Of a DNA stretch of 64,000 nucleotides, positions 1-13,490 are shown piece by piece (the first letter of the stretch is position 1; every line of letters begins with the position of its first letter). The stretch is taken from assembly GCA_964016885.1 (NCBI GenBank), contig OZ024741.1:324198001-324262000 (forward strand), given 5' to 3'. Both the position numbers and the translations under genes were made by a program. The DNA comes from Eledone cirrhosa. Lineage: Eukaryota. The notes below the pieces were generated by a model. The model was given only the letters and a program-made list of their open reading frames with translations. It ran no database searches and was not told the origin of the DNA.

Positions 1-859
1 ATAAACTGCTAAAAAACCCATTGGTATATCGTTGTTATTTAAAATAGATGACTTGTGAAGTGTAATTACAACATCTAACATCTGTTGCGATAAATTAAAA
101 ACACATGGAAACCCAGACAGCGTTCAATATGAAATGTCTTTCGCTTTAGATTACAGAAGATTAAAGATTTTACTTCGAATTCTTTTATTTTATTACACGT
201 TTATTCTTTTTCTAGTATTAGTTAGTAGACAGTTCACATTCTCGTGCAATACATTCATTTACTTCTAGAGATGATTTTTGCTGCTCATATTAACCCCAGT
301 GATTTAAGTTATATCCATTTCATCGATTTATTATTTTTGCCGAACCGCTAGGTTAAGGGACAATACTGACACAAATTTCCCTTCTACTTTGTTTCTTCCG
401 CCATGTTTTCTTATTCCCTCATCCTCCACCCTCTTTTTATTGCTGCGGCTGCAGTCGTTGCAACTCTTCGGGAGAAAAACTGTCTATTGACCCAGCAGAA
501 CAAAACATGTGTAAATTTTAAGAAATATGCCGCAGTTGAACCTTTAGCCTCTGCATTTCTCAGTTTGGGAAGAACAATAATGTAAATCATATCTTTCCTA
601 AACATTCTGTCCTTTGATAGGATCTAGAACTACATTTCTAATGTTTTCGTTCCATATTTATGATGTTAAAGTGATGTGAGGGAAATTTGGCTGCAATATC
701 TTGTAAGTCGAGCAACCCCCGTAGAAGTTTTGTGTGTTTTGTATTCTGGGGTATTCTAATTGATATAATGGAATATGATTTTAGAGTAATTAGCAGTTAT
801 ATCTAGTAGGACGAATACCCACGTAAGTGTCCTTTCATCGGTAGATATATTGAAATAGA

Positions 860-1225
860 ATGGACCTCCGTCAGTTGTGACAAAGATTGCTCCAGTTGTT
901 CGATCAACAGAACCACCTGATCGTGAAATTAACGTGTAGTTGGCGGGAACAAAACTTAAACAAATTTACAGTTAACTTAATTTTCAGAGAGATACAGTGT
1001 GACCCAGTGTGACAGGGTTGTCTCTTTGAATTACAGGTAGAGTGCATCAGACAAGCTTCCAAACTGTTTTCGTCTATCTCATACCATTCATAAGGCTTGC
1101 GTCGATTCAAGGCTATAATTACGTAAATGACACGTGCATAAGAGGACACGCTTTGGGATCGCGCACGGGACCTCATGATTGCGACGCCGTCTTATTAACC
1201 ATTCGACCATACTGCATTCAAAGAT
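860..1225 (-). mobile_element. Old tRNA-derived SINE
   Basis: Minus strand begins with a tRNA-like head (TGGTCGAATGGTTAA ... GCGATCCC, A/B-box-like) and ends in a LINE-like tail (CGAACAACTGGAGCAATC...ACTGACGGAGGTCCA). Diverged. Confidence 0.5.
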
Positions 1226-1875
1226 CTTTTGACTTTGTGTCCGGTGAACTTCATAAAAGAACTAACAAATAATCACTATTAATGTTATGTCAAAATCTGT
1301 TTGATTGAAAGGAATGATCATCTTCGAAGAAAAATATGTTTTTGACGACCTACTGACATAACACATATTTACTGGAACATCATATATAATATATTTTCTT
1401 GCTTATATTTCTTGTCTTTCTAATTTTTAATTCATGTAGCGTTTGCCTGAATTTTTCAATTGTTTTAACATATCTATTCCTCTTTATATTAATATATGAA
1501 TCCTTTCCGATTTGTCGTAACTTAAAACTCTATTCCTGTTTGTGTTAACATCAGAATCTCTTTCTAAGTGTTTCGGTATGAAATGTAATATTTCTTTAAT
1601 CTTTCACTGTGTGGATTTGAAATAATGTGGAATCGTGTTATTTTATTTTATTTTTTTCCGAACATTGTACCTGAAAATATAATGCCATATATGCCATATA
1701 TCCACGTTGTTACATGGCTAGTTCAAGGGGTTGTTCTCACTTCTAAACCAACTGTACACCTAACTCCGCGAATATGTGGCATTGTGATTAAGGGAAACAG
1801 TCACATAGGGATCTCTACTATAGCTTCAGATTATGAGTGAAATGTTGTTGACTGACACTGTATGGAAGCCCATCA

Positions 1876-1876
<1 letters not shown>

Positions 1877-1956
<80 letters not shown>
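1877..1956 (+). repeat. (TCTA)n microsatellite, 5' flank of Tx1 copy 1
   Basis: Direct reading. Further tracts of the same repeat occur at 6551-6631, 10841-10920 and, degenerate, at 13491-13572. Confidence 0.98.
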
Positions 1957-4900
1957 GTCTGGGATGGACACACGCGTGAAACTTGCTGGGTAAGTTCTGC
2001 TTAAATTTTTATAGAAATTCTTGACTGTGAACCTTCATTTTTAGACCAATTTGAAGAGGGACTGCTAGGTAAAATTTTGATATGGTCAGTCTCTCAAAAT
2101 ATTCTACGCCTTTAGGCGAAATAAAAACTACAACAGACACACCCGAAAACAAAAAACACAACCCCCAAACCATCAACATTCACCCAACTATCACAAACCA
2201 CAAAAGACACCACACCAAAAATTCCCCTGAAGAACTCTGTCACACACCTTCCCCTTCACTCCAACACTCCCACAAACACACACAGAAACACTCCACCACC
2301 GCACAACATACACCTCTCACCTACCCACAATGATAACACCTCAGACACGGGAACCTCAAGTGAGGATGCAGAGGAACCCCAAAAATCCAAGAAGCAAAAA
2401 CGACAGAAAAATACAACAAAAACATCAACTGAAAACACGCACACACCCAACACTGACATAAGCATACCGCCACAAACGACAACCACACCAACAATACAAC
2501 CTGACACTTCACCAACAAAACAAACACCCACACCACCACAATCACAAACCCCAACCGCAAAATGAAAACTACAAACAGAAACAGTACACATAAAAAAACA
2601 AAACACACTACACATACATAAAAATAAGAAACAAAGAACTGGTGGAAACAGTCCGAAAGGACCCCACAATACAATCGGAAGGGAAAACCTTCCACACCAA
2701 CGACCCACCCCCAAACCTCAAAATTATCAGGGTAACTACCCTACAGTATGAAACTTTAAAAGAGAACTTCTTACATGATGTGGGCCCCCTTCCCTCCCTC
2801 ACCAAACACCACCAATCTGGACATGGAGATCGAACAACCCGACCTCCAGGAAACGAAAAGGTAAGTGTTCCTGCCTTTTCTCTCCTTAACTCTTCTTCAC
2901 CAACATGGCGAGTATACAAGCTGGATGTTTGAATGTACGTGGACTGGGCTAGTCTTGGAAACAGGGCTAGCTATTAAATGATCTCAGGTCACATTGTATA
3001 GATGTGATAGCCATCACCGAGTCCAGGATTCACGACAAGCAGCAGCTATCCCCCATGTTCTATGATTTTGAGATCTACGCATCTCTCTGTCAGCCAGGAG
3101 GTGGAGGGGGAGTTGCTGTTCTGTTTAAATAAAACTTGGATCACAAAATACAGACGTTTCACAGCAGCCTGGTGGTCCTGGACGTGATTGGTAGTGAAGG
3201 TGGAGCTTTCAGACTGGTGGCCGTATATGCCCCGACTGGGACATCGTGACCAGAGTTCTTCAAGCGTCTGGAGCCATTCCTGGGAACGTCTCGCTCCTTA
3301 GTGTTAGCCGGGGACTGGAATGGCATCTTAGACGCACGTTGGGACTATGTAGGAACTTGTGATAATAGAGGGAGGTGTAATAGCCTCAAAAATATCATCA
3401 GCCAATTCCAACTGGCTGATAGATATCGAATAGACTTCCCAAGTGCACCACTGTGGACGTAGAGCAACCGAACTGCGTCTTCTAGATCGTATTTAGATAT
3501 ATTTTTAATTAGACAGAATGATAAGGAAACATTAAGCTGTCCACAAATGCACATGGTTGCTTATTTAGACCACAAATTAGTCCCCTGCGTAGTCAACCTT
3601 GATAGAACACATAGACAAGGACCAGGATACTGGAAGCTAAACATGTCGCTTCCGGCGCGTAAGGCCTACAGTAAACGATTTAGCACCTTAGTTAAGTGCC
3701 AGTTGACGGGGGTGATCGTCAACAACAGGTAGTGGAGCTCTCTCAAGAGAATAATTAGAATAGAATCGATAGCATTTAGCAAGGAAGTAGCTTTAGAAAA
3801 AAACAAAACTGAAAAGGAACCTGTAGTTAAAATCGAAGAGGCACTCAGGAATGGCAGTACAGCAGTACGGCACTAGACTAGTCTTTCAGCGTGAAACACG
3901 AAGGTTGTATTGTCAGAAGTAGAACACGTGCTCTAAGAAACGAAGGAGCCAAAGCTGTTAGCTGGGCCCGAGGCAGAGACGAAAAGTGGCAACAAATCCA
4001 CAATTCGGTCTTTGCAAGACAAAGATGGACGCATTATACTTGAATCGAAGCAGATGTGCACGGCCTTCCAGCAGCATTTTGCACAACTGTTAGGGAAAAG
4101 TGGTACATCGTGCGAGGTGATGGACTTCAGCTCCTGCTCCGACGGCGTACCACGATTATCGAGCACGGATGCAGAGATCTGCGAAAGACTGATCACAGTG
4201 GGCGAAATAGAAGATGCCCTAAGCCGCTGGGGGAAACGCAAATCACCCGGTTTAGATGGTCTACCCTATGAGTTTTATATAGGTATGTCAGACTTGTTCT
4301 CTGGCGTTCTCGAAGCGGTCTACTGCAACTGGCAGCAGAACAGGAGGATTCCCAGTTCTGTAGGCAGAGGCGTAGTAACGCTAATCAGCAAAAGATGAGA
4401 ACCAGGGGGATGAGATAAGCAATTTCAGGCCTATAACTCTGCTCAACACATAGTTAAAGATTTTGACCAAGGTGTTAGCAGCGAGGCTGGCGCTTGTCGT
4501 CAAGAACCTGGCAGGGGAAGCGCAAAGGTGTGCAATCCCGACCAGGTCCATACACGACAACCTCCACCTCATGCGATACATCATAGAGAGGGTAGGGTGT
4601 AAACCTGGATCCGGTGGGGCTCTGATCAATTTAGATCAGTCTAAGGCATTTGATAGGGTCGACCATCAATACTTGGAAGCAGTTCTCAAGGCGGCCGTCA
4701 TCGGTCCCGTCTTCAGAGGCTGGATCGCTGCCATGCACACCAGCATCTACTTGTCAGTCAAGGTGAATAGCTACCTATCAGAGCCATTCCAAATAATGCG
4801 TTCCATCCGTCAGGGATACCCTCTCTCCTCCATTCTGTATGTACTGACTCTCGAGCCGTTCTGCGGAAGTTGGAGCTGTTGCAGGGCGTCCCGATCTAAC

Positions 4901-6549
4901 CAGGACTGCGGAAAGCAGCGTCGGCCTATGCCGACGTCATAACCGTAATGGTGTCGAAAACCTCGGAAATCGGGGTAATCGGCAACCTATTACAGCAATA
5001 CGAAACGTTGACAGGAGCAAGACTAAGCCCAAAGAAGTCTGTCGGTTTGCAACTCGGCACATGGAAAGGCAAACCCATGCCTTCCGACAGTGTCGTTGGA
5101 CGCTGGACGGAAGGACCAGTGAAATTGCTCAGGTCTTGTTTGGTCCAGACCTCCAGGTGGACAAGAACTGGAACGAGGTCACGGCCAAGGTGTTTGCACT
5201 CAACCAGAAGTGGGCTGAGTGCAAACTCTCCTTGAAAGGTCGAGCGGAGGTGGCGAATACTTACATAGCGTCCGTCATCTATTACTGCTGGACAGTAATG
5301 CCTTTTCCCCGCGAATACCTTACCGAAATGGAACGCCTACTCTTCAAGTTCCTCTGGAAGAAATAGGCTCCATTGGTGAGGAGATCCATCTGCTGTCAAC
5401 ACCCTTCTAACGGAGGGCTGAGCATGTCGTGGCTGATGATGCGCAGGCACGCGCTGAGGATACGCCATCTCCAGGTATTCCTAACCGGTGAACCGGTGTG
5501 GCTGTCGCTTGTAAGACAAGCTCTTCCGCAACTCGCCTCACTAGCAGAGTTGCAGTCCTGGGTCAAGCGAAGACCCAAAATGGGTGCCTGGCACCTCGAG
5601 TGGCTACAGGCGATCACAGCCCTCTACCAAGCGGAAACGGCAATCAGCAGGGACTCCACTTCGACATTCTATAGGGGATTAGTGGAGGATAAGTGCGACG
5701 ACGTTCTGGGGGAAACTCTAGGAATCGAGGAGGACCAACTGACCAGTCTGTTCGGGAGAACTTTCCGTCCAGGGCCTATGGATAACTTCCCGAGGTCTCT
5801 GGCCTGGCAGTGCTACCGAGGAGCTCTACCAGTTCGAGACAAAATCTACAGGCACGGACGCACTGGCAGAGATCCTGTCAAAAGGACCTGTCCAAGATGC
5901 GAGCAGGACATCGGAACCGTTCTGCACGCAATTGTTCAGTGCCCAGGGGTGACCGACTGTGGAATTATGTCGAACAGCTACTGTCACATGTGGGACGCAT
6001 CCAGTTGTCAGCTGAGTCCATCGTGAGGATCACTCCGCCGCCTTAATTTAAGAACGAAGAAGGGGCGGTTCTCCTCTGTCTGGTGGCTATGGCGAAAGAG
6101 GTAATATGGTGGACGAGGTTAAAAGGAGTGAGGCCAAACACCTTTCTCTCCGGACAACAACTTATCCCTTCTTTAAGTATCACCTCAGAAGGAAGGTGAG
6201 AGTGGAGAGAGGGGTGCTACACCCCAGTAAATTCGCTGAAAGGTGTGTGAATGTGGCAAAAATGACCCAAGTGAATTGGCTTCTCTGTATATAAACCTGT
6301 AGGTTGAGGAGGATAAACAGAGGGAAGACGCGAATACCTACAAAACGTGTACCTGGTGTTGAGGGTTGTTCTATCCACGGTGTGTAAAACAACCCCGCAG
6401 TAACGTTCACCCCTATTGGGGATTTCAATTGTTATTTTATTATATATAGTTTATTGTTATTTATTAATGTTAAAGTTATTTTCATGTAAAACCCCCGCCG
6501 TCACGTCTTATAATGTCCCATTTTTTGCGCCGCTGTGGCAAATAAAGAA

Positions 6550-6550
<1 letters not shown>
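1957..6550 (+). mobile_element. Tx1-clade non-LTR retrotransposon copy 1 (ATCT lineage), inactive, most of ORF1 deleted
   Basis: APE endonuclease (NVRGL, GDWNG, YLDH), RT (SPGLDGLP, DQSKAFDRVDH, AYAD) and C-terminal CxxC..H..C. Ends GTGGCAAATAAAGAAA then (TCTA)n. Confidence 0.93.
2905..6302 (+). pseudogene. Tx1 ORF2 (APE-RT-zinc finger), many stops and frameshifts
   Basis: ATG at 2905 in CCAACATGG context. ORF fragments 4012-4398, 4463-4942, 5061-5366 and 5373-6026 are collinear with the more intact copy 4. Confidence 0.88.
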
Positions 6551-6632
<82 letters not shown>

Positions 6633-7450
6633 AGACGTGTGTAACTTCGCGGAGAAGTTTCCGTTAATTTATGTAAGAAAAAAAACGTGAGTTTTTAGTT
6701 AAATTTTATATTATTGTGTAACTTGACCACCCGTCTGGACCTTCAGGTGGTGGGTCAACTCATTTTCGCCTTTACAGGGGCGAAATATCCATTTGAAACA
6801 TTTTTTCTCCATCGAATCTTGGAAAAAATATTGTAAAAGTTTGATTACGTTATGAACGCTGCGTCCAACGATAATGGTGGTGGAGAGGCGGTAAGACTAC
6901 AAAGCTCGCAGTCAACAACGTCTTCTTCACTAGATACTATAGAGAGGGAAGACGAAATGAAAATGTAAAAACGAATTCATATCCAAACAACACAAATGAC
7001 ACCAAACAGTTCAATGACAACAAAAATAACAGCAACACCAATAATGATGATAAAAGCAACAATGATAACAACAACAAAGAAAAAAATAAAGACAACACCA
7101 ATAACACCAGCATCAAAGACAACAACAACACCAAGGAAAATACGAATAATATCAACATCGGTGACAACAAGAATAACAACAACAATAACAACAATAATGA
7201 CAACACCACCAACACGGATTCTACAAAGAAACCAAAAATCTCCTTTGCAGAGAAAGTTTAAAAAAAGCAGGAACTGATATATCTCGACATAACAAATGCT
7301 GAACAACTTTTAAAGGACGCTAGGAGATATGTCACTTTCGAAAAAAATGGTGCTTTCAGCATCAATTCTCCGGTAGAAATTCGCAAGGAAACTACTCTCA
7401 AAACGATAGTTTTTAGGACAGTTTCCAATTCTACCCGAAAACCAGTCCAA

Positions 7451-8764
7451 TTGTCACAGAAAGAAATTGAACTGGTTTTCAAAAATTCAATGAATGATAT
7501 TGCATTCATTCAAAGAAGCAAACTTTTTGGGAGTATTTCGGTACTCATGAAGGATCAATTGACAGCCCAAAATTACTCTGTGTCGCCAATTGTATCGAAC
7601 CTGTACACCTTTTTCCCTACATACATGGGAAAAAGGACACAAAAGATCAGAATCACGAGTGTCACACCAAAGGTGAACATATGGTGGATACTGTGCGGCT
7701 TCATCAATTTTGATGAAGACAGAATACTGTCAGTAGGAAAGTCCCCCATAGATGTATTCAATGGGACTAGCATTGAAGTTCTGGTGCAAATGAGCCCAGA
7801 GCGAATAGCTATGATCCCACAACGTGTACTCCTGGACGGACTCACCTGCATAAACTTTTCGGTTGAGGCTAGGTGGCCTTCATGTTACCATTGCTTTAGC
7901 AGGGGTCACCTGAGGGCTTCCTGTCCTAAATTAATGAATAAAAAAAGGCTCTTCTGCCGACACCCATCAAAACAACACAACCACCAACACGACCACAACA
8001 ACAACAACACCAACACAAAAATAACCACAACAAACACAGTCCCACCCAACCCCACTCCACCTAAAACCACTCCAAAATCACATACAGACACAACAGCTCC
8101 CCAAGACATACCCCTCCCCAATCACACAGGCGATACAACAGATGAGACTATCTCGCCATCACCCAGTGAAGACGAGGGAGAACCCCATCGCTCGAAAAGA
8201 AAGAAAATATATCACAAAAGCAAAAAACCAGCAAGCACTACCACAAACATACAACCACCAACACAAACAACAAAAACATCACAAACAAAACCCCCACCTC
8301 CTGAAAACAAAATACCTACAACAAAACGAAAGCACACACAAGAACTACAGACAAAAACAAACACAACACAAGAAAATTACACTTACACTTACATAAACAC
8401 TGAAAACAAAACACTAATGGAGACCATCACGAACGATCCTTCGGTGAAAACCGAAGGGAAAACTTTCGCCCACTCTATTAAAAATAGCAAAAAAATGAAC
8501 CTAAAACTGATTAGGGTCCCTATACAAACTTATAGGTCCCTAAAAGAAACATTTGAGAAGGATGTGGGGAATTCCTGCGTGAAACCCCTCAACCGCGTCC
8601 TTCTCAAATGTCTCCCCACCCCAGACACCCCCATCCCACCAGACCCTACCCCACCAAACATCTCCGTCCCCACCCCACCGGAAACCACCACCCATCCAGA
8701 CAACCCCTCCAACACCCCCATGGAAATCGTGTGGCCTGGTCCCCAGGAGACGAAGGGTGAGTGA
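7451..8764 (+). CDS. Tx1 ORF1 (gag-like; zinc knuckle CYHCFSRGHLRASC; Pro/Thr/Lys-rich tail); probable original start ~6852 now frameshifted
   Basis: 437-aa ORF with CX2CX4HX4C ending 36 nt upstream of ORF2. Confidence 0.8.
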   Translation: MSQKEIELVFKNSMNDIAFIQRSKLFGSISVLMKDQLTAQNYSVSPIVSNLYTFFPTYMGKRTQKIRITSVTPKVNIWWILCGFINFDEDRILSVGKSPIDVFNGTSIEVLVQMSPERIAMIPQRVLLDGLTCINFSVEARWPSCYHCFSRGHLRASCPKLMNKKRLFCRHPSKQHNHQHDHNNNNTNTKITTTNTVPPNPTPPKTTPKSHTDTTAPQDIPLPNHTGDTTDETISPSPSEDEGEPHRSKRKKIYHKSKKPASTTTNIQPPTQTTKTSQTKPPPPENKIPTTKRKHTQELQTKTNTTQENYTYTYINTENKTLMETITNDPSVKTEGKTFAHSIKNSKKMNLKLIRVPIQTYRSLKETFEKDVGNSCVKPLNRVLLKCLPTPDTPIPPDPTPPNISVPTPPETTTHPDNPSNTPMEIVWPGPQETKGE

Positions 8765-8800
8765 TCTCTTTTCCTCTTTTAACTTTTCATCAGCACCAAC

Positions 8801-10785
8801 ATGGCCAATATAAGAGTTGGATGTGTGAACGTACGCGGCCTGGGGATGCCCTGGAAGCAGGGCAAACTCTTAAATGACCTCAGGTCGCAAAGTATGGATG
8901 TGGTAGCCATTTGCGAGTCCAGGATCCACAGCGAGCGACAGCTGGCCCCCATCTTCGATGACTTTGAGATCTACGCATCTCTCTGTCAACCGGGGTGTGG
9001 GGGCGGAGTTGCCGTTTTGCTGCGGAAACACCTGGGCCTCGTAACACAGACGATACATCTGGACCCGGAGGGTCGACTGGTGGTCCTAGACGTTGACGGT
9101 AGTGAAGGTGGAGCCTTCAGGCTGGTGGCCGCATATGCCCCATCCGGGACACCGCGGCCAGATTTCTTCAAACGTCTAGAGACTTTTCTGGGAACGTCCC
9201 GCTCCTTGCTTTTAGTGGGGGACTGGAATGGAATCCTAGATGCACGTTGGGACTATGTGGGAGCATGTCCCGATAAAGGGGGGTGTAACAGTCTCAAACA
9301 GTTAATCGACCGATTTGACCTGGCCGATAGATATCGACTAGATTTTCCGACTGCGCCACTGTGGACGTGGAGTAATCGTAGCGGAACATCTAGATCGTAC
9401 CTAGATAGGGTTCTAGTTAGAAATAAAGATAGGGACATGTTAAGCTGTCCACAAATGTTCATAGTTGCCTATTCAGATCACAAACTAGTGACCTGCATGG
9501 CCAACCTTGATAGAACCCATAGACAAGGACCCGGCTACTGGAAGCTGAACTTGTCGTTACCGACAAGCAAAGCCTACAGTAGACGGATTAGCACTTTAGT
9601 TAAACAGCACTTGACAGGGGCCATTGTCAACAACAGATGGTGGTACTCTCTCAAGAGGGCAGTTAGATTAGACTCGATAGTTTTTAGTAAAGAATTAGCG
9701 TTAGATAGAAATAGAACCGAGAAGAAACTGGTAGATAAAGTAGAAGAGGCAATTAGAAGTGGCAACGTAGCCAGCGTGCTAGCAACGAGAACAGCCTTGG
9801 ACCAGTTCTTCGACGCAAAGCACGAGGGCTGCGTTGTTAGAAGCAAAATACGTGCTCTGGGAAACGAGGGAGCCAAAGCTGTTAGCTGGGCCCGAGTGAC
9901 GGAGGCAAAAAGTGGCAACAAGTCCACGATTCAGTCTTTGAAGGACCAAAACGGACGCGTGATACGTGAGCCGAAGCAGATGTGTGCGGTTTTTCAGCGG
10001 CACTTTGCTCGGCTGTTCGGGGGGGGGGGGAGGCTATGGATTTCGCTCCATACCTCGACGGCCTGCCGCGACTCTCGGACAGCGAGGCGAAGTTCTGCGA
10101 AAAGCCGATTTCAGCCACTGAGATAGGGGACGCGCTGAGCCAATGCGGCAAACGCAAATCTCCAGGTCTCGACGGTCTACCTTACGAATTTTACGTAGCA
10201 ATGCCGGACTTATTCTCCGGTCTCCTGGAAGCGGTCTACTGCAACTGGCAACAGAACGGGAGAATTCCCAGTTCTGTAACCGGGGGCGTGGTCACACTAA
10301 TCAGGAAGGACGAGAATAAAGGTGATGACATAGGCAACTTCCGGCCCATAACTCTGCTAAACACAGAGTTACAGATTTTGGCCAAGGTGTTGGCAAAGAG
10401 GCTGGCGCTTGTCGTCGAGAACCTGGTGGGAGAAGCGCAGACATGCGCAATCCCGATTAGGTCCATACACGACAACCTCCACCTCATGCAATACATCATA
10501 GAGAGGGTAGGGTGTAAACCCGGCTTCGGTGGGGCCCTGATCAACTTGGATCAGTCTAAGGCTTTCGATAGGGTTGACCATCGTTACCTGGATGCGGTGC
10601 TCGAGGTGGCAGGCTTCGGACCCGTGTTCAGGGGCTGGATTGCTGCAATGCACAACAGCAACATCTGCTCAAGGGTCAAGGTGAACGGCTACCTCTCGGA
10701 GCCGTTCCATATTACGCGATCCATTCGACAGGGATGCCCTCTCTCCTCCCTTCTGTACGTACTGACTCTCGAGCCACTACTGTAA
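8801..10785 (+). pseudogene. Tx1 ORF2: intact APE domain, frameshift in G-run ~10020, truncated in RT
   Basis: ORFs 8801-10126 (NVRGL, GDWN, YLDR, YSDH) and 9982-10785 (FRPITLLN, KAFDRV, RQGCPLS). Confidence 0.9.
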
Positions 10786-10839
10786 ACTTCCCCCTTTGTA
10801 TTTGTCCCCTTCTTTTGTGCCCTTGTGGCTAATAAATAA

Positions 10840-10896
<57 letters not shown>

Positions 10897-10933
10897 CCTA
10901 TCTATCTATCTATCTATCTATTTATATATCTAA

Positions 10934-13490
10934 ACAGGTGCTCTCGGAAACGAAGGAGCGAAAGCTGTCAGCTGGGCCAGAGTGGCGGAGGCAAAAAGTG
11001 GCAACAAGTCCACGATTCGGTCATTGAAAGACCAAAATGGACGCGTGTTACTTGACCCCAAGCAAATATGCGCGGCCCTTCAGCAGCACTTTGCGCGACT
11101 GTTTGAGCAGAACGACGGTGTGCCGAACGGGGCAATGGGGCATACCTCGACGGCCTGTCGCGTCTCTCTAACTCGGATGCCGAGTTCTGTGAAAGACCGA
11201 TCACGGACACTGAGATACGGGACGCTCTGGTCCGCTTCGGGATTGCAAGTCACCCGGTCTAGATGGTTTACCCGATGAGTTTTACGTAGGAATGCCGGAC
11301 TTGTTCTATGGCGTCCTCGAAGCCGTCTACTGCAATTGGCAGCAGAACGGAAGAATTCCCAGTTCTGCAGGCAAGGGAGTAGTAACGCTGATCAGGAAAG
11401 ACGAGAACAAGGGGGACGAAATTAACAACTTCAGGCCCATAACTCTGCTCAACACATAGTTGAAGATTTTGGCCAACGTGCTAGCGATGAGGTTGGCGCT
11501 TGTCGTCGAGAACCTGATAGGAAAAGCGCAAACATGTGCAATCCCGACCAGGTCCATACACGACAACCTCCACATCATGCGATACATCATGGAGAGGGTG
11601 GGTAGTAAACCCAGCTTCGGTGGGGCTCTGATCAATTTGAATCAGTCTAAGGCATTCGATATGGTCGACCATCGATATTTGGAAGCGGTTCTCAAGGCGG
11701 CCCATTTCGGTCCCGTTTTCAGAGGCTGGATCGAGGCGATGCAGACCAGCATCTGCTCGAGGGTCAAGGTCAACGGCTACCTATCGGAGTCCTTCGCAAT
11801 CACGCGTTCCATTCGACAGGGATGCCATCTCTCCTCCATTCTGTATGTTTTGACGCTAGAGCCACTACTGCGGAAATTGGAGCTGTTGCAGGGCATCTCT
11901 CTAGAACCGGGACTGCGCAAAGCGGCGTCGGCTTATGCCGACCACCTGATGGTAATGGTGTCGAGCACCTAGGAAATCGGGGTGATCGGCAACTTACTGA
12001 AAGAATACGAAACGTTGACGGGAGTAAAACTGAACCCGGACAAGTCTGTCGGTTTGCAACTCGGTACGTGGAGAGGCAAACCGATGACGTCCGACAACGT
12101 TGTTGGACGCTGGACGGACGGACCGGTGAAATTGCTGGGGGTCTGGTTCAGTCCAGACCTCCAGGTAGAGAAAAACTGGAACGAGGTCACGGCCAAGGTG
12201 TTTGCGCTCACCCAGAAGTGGGTAGAGTGAAAACTCTCCTTAAAAGGTCGAGCGGAGGTGGCGGACACTTTCATAGCATCCGTCATCTACTACCGCTTGA
12301 CTGTCGTGCCTTGTCCCCGTGAACACCTCGTCAAGATGGAACGCATGCTCTTCCAGTTCCACTGGAAGAAACAGGCTCCGCTAGTGAGGAGATCCATCTG
12401 CCGTCAGCACTCTTCCAACGGAGGGCTGGGAATGCCGTGGCTGATGATGCGCAAACATGCGCTGAGGCTGCCGCTTATCCAGGTATTTCTCACCGACCCC
12501 CAGCCGGTGTGGGCACCGTTTGTGAGACAGGCTTTCCCGCAGCTCAAGAAAAGACCCAAGAAAATTGGCGCCTGGCACATTGAATGCGCTCAGGCGCTCA
12601 CAGTCCTCTGTCAAGGGAGACTCCACTTCGACATTCTATAGAAGGTTAGTACATCACAAGGACGACGACGTGCTCCGATAGACTCTAGGCGTCGAAGACG
12701 ACGAACTCACCAGTCTGTTTGGTAGGATTTTCCGCCCAGGACCCATGGACAACTTCCAGAGTTCACTGGCCTAGCAGTGCTACCGGGAAGCTCTGCCAGT
12801 TCGTGACAAGATCTACAGATACGGACGCCACGGCAGAGGTCCTTCCATGAGGATGTGTCCAAGATGCGCGCAGGACATTGAAACCGTCCTGCACGCAATT
12901 GTAAATTGCCCGGGCGTAACCGACCTGTGGAACTACACGGAACAACTGCTGTCGCATATGGGACAAATCCAGTTGATTGCCGAGTCTATAGTAAGGATCA
13001 AACCGCCAACTTCTTTCAAAAACGAAAGAGAGGCGGTTTTCCTCTGTACAGTGGCTATGGTGGACGAGATTGAGAAGACTAAGGACGGATGCCTTTCTCT
13101 CCGGACAACAATTGATTCCCTTCTTTAAGTAGCACTTTAGAAGGAGATTCGGGGTGGAGAGAGAGGCACTGCACCCCAGTAAATTTACTCAAAGGTGGGT
13201 GAATGAAGCGAAAATGGCCCGAGTGATTGGACCTTCTCTGTTTATAAGCCTGTAGGTTAAAGAAGAGAGCAAATGTAAGAAGGGAGCACTTGCACAACAC
13301 GCTTCTGAAGTTGAGGGTTGTTCTATCGACGGGGTATTAAACAACCCATTTGTGGCGCCTCCCCCCTATTGGGGATTCCGACTGTTATAATTGTTTGTTT
13401 TATATTTTTTACACAACTGTATGTAAAATCCTCGGCATGTGTCTTTGTATTGTCCCCTTTTCTTGTGCGCTCTTGTGGCAAATAAAGAAA
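10934..13490 (+). mobile_element. Tx1 copy 3 (ATCT lineage), 5'-truncated
   Basis: RT and C-terminal fragments (11460-11972, 11982-12230, 12258-12641). Ends CTTGTGGCAAATAAAGAAA then degenerate (TCTA)n. Confidence 0.92.

Larger units (their letters stand above)
6632..10840 (+). mobile_element. Tx1 copy 2 (ATCT lineage), 5'-complete, internal deletion of the 3' half of ORF2
   Basis: 5' UTR, ORF1 and ORF2 to LTLEPLL (~10782), then a jump to the 3' UTR ending CCCTTGTGGCTAATAAATAAA and (TCTA)n. Confidence 0.93.
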
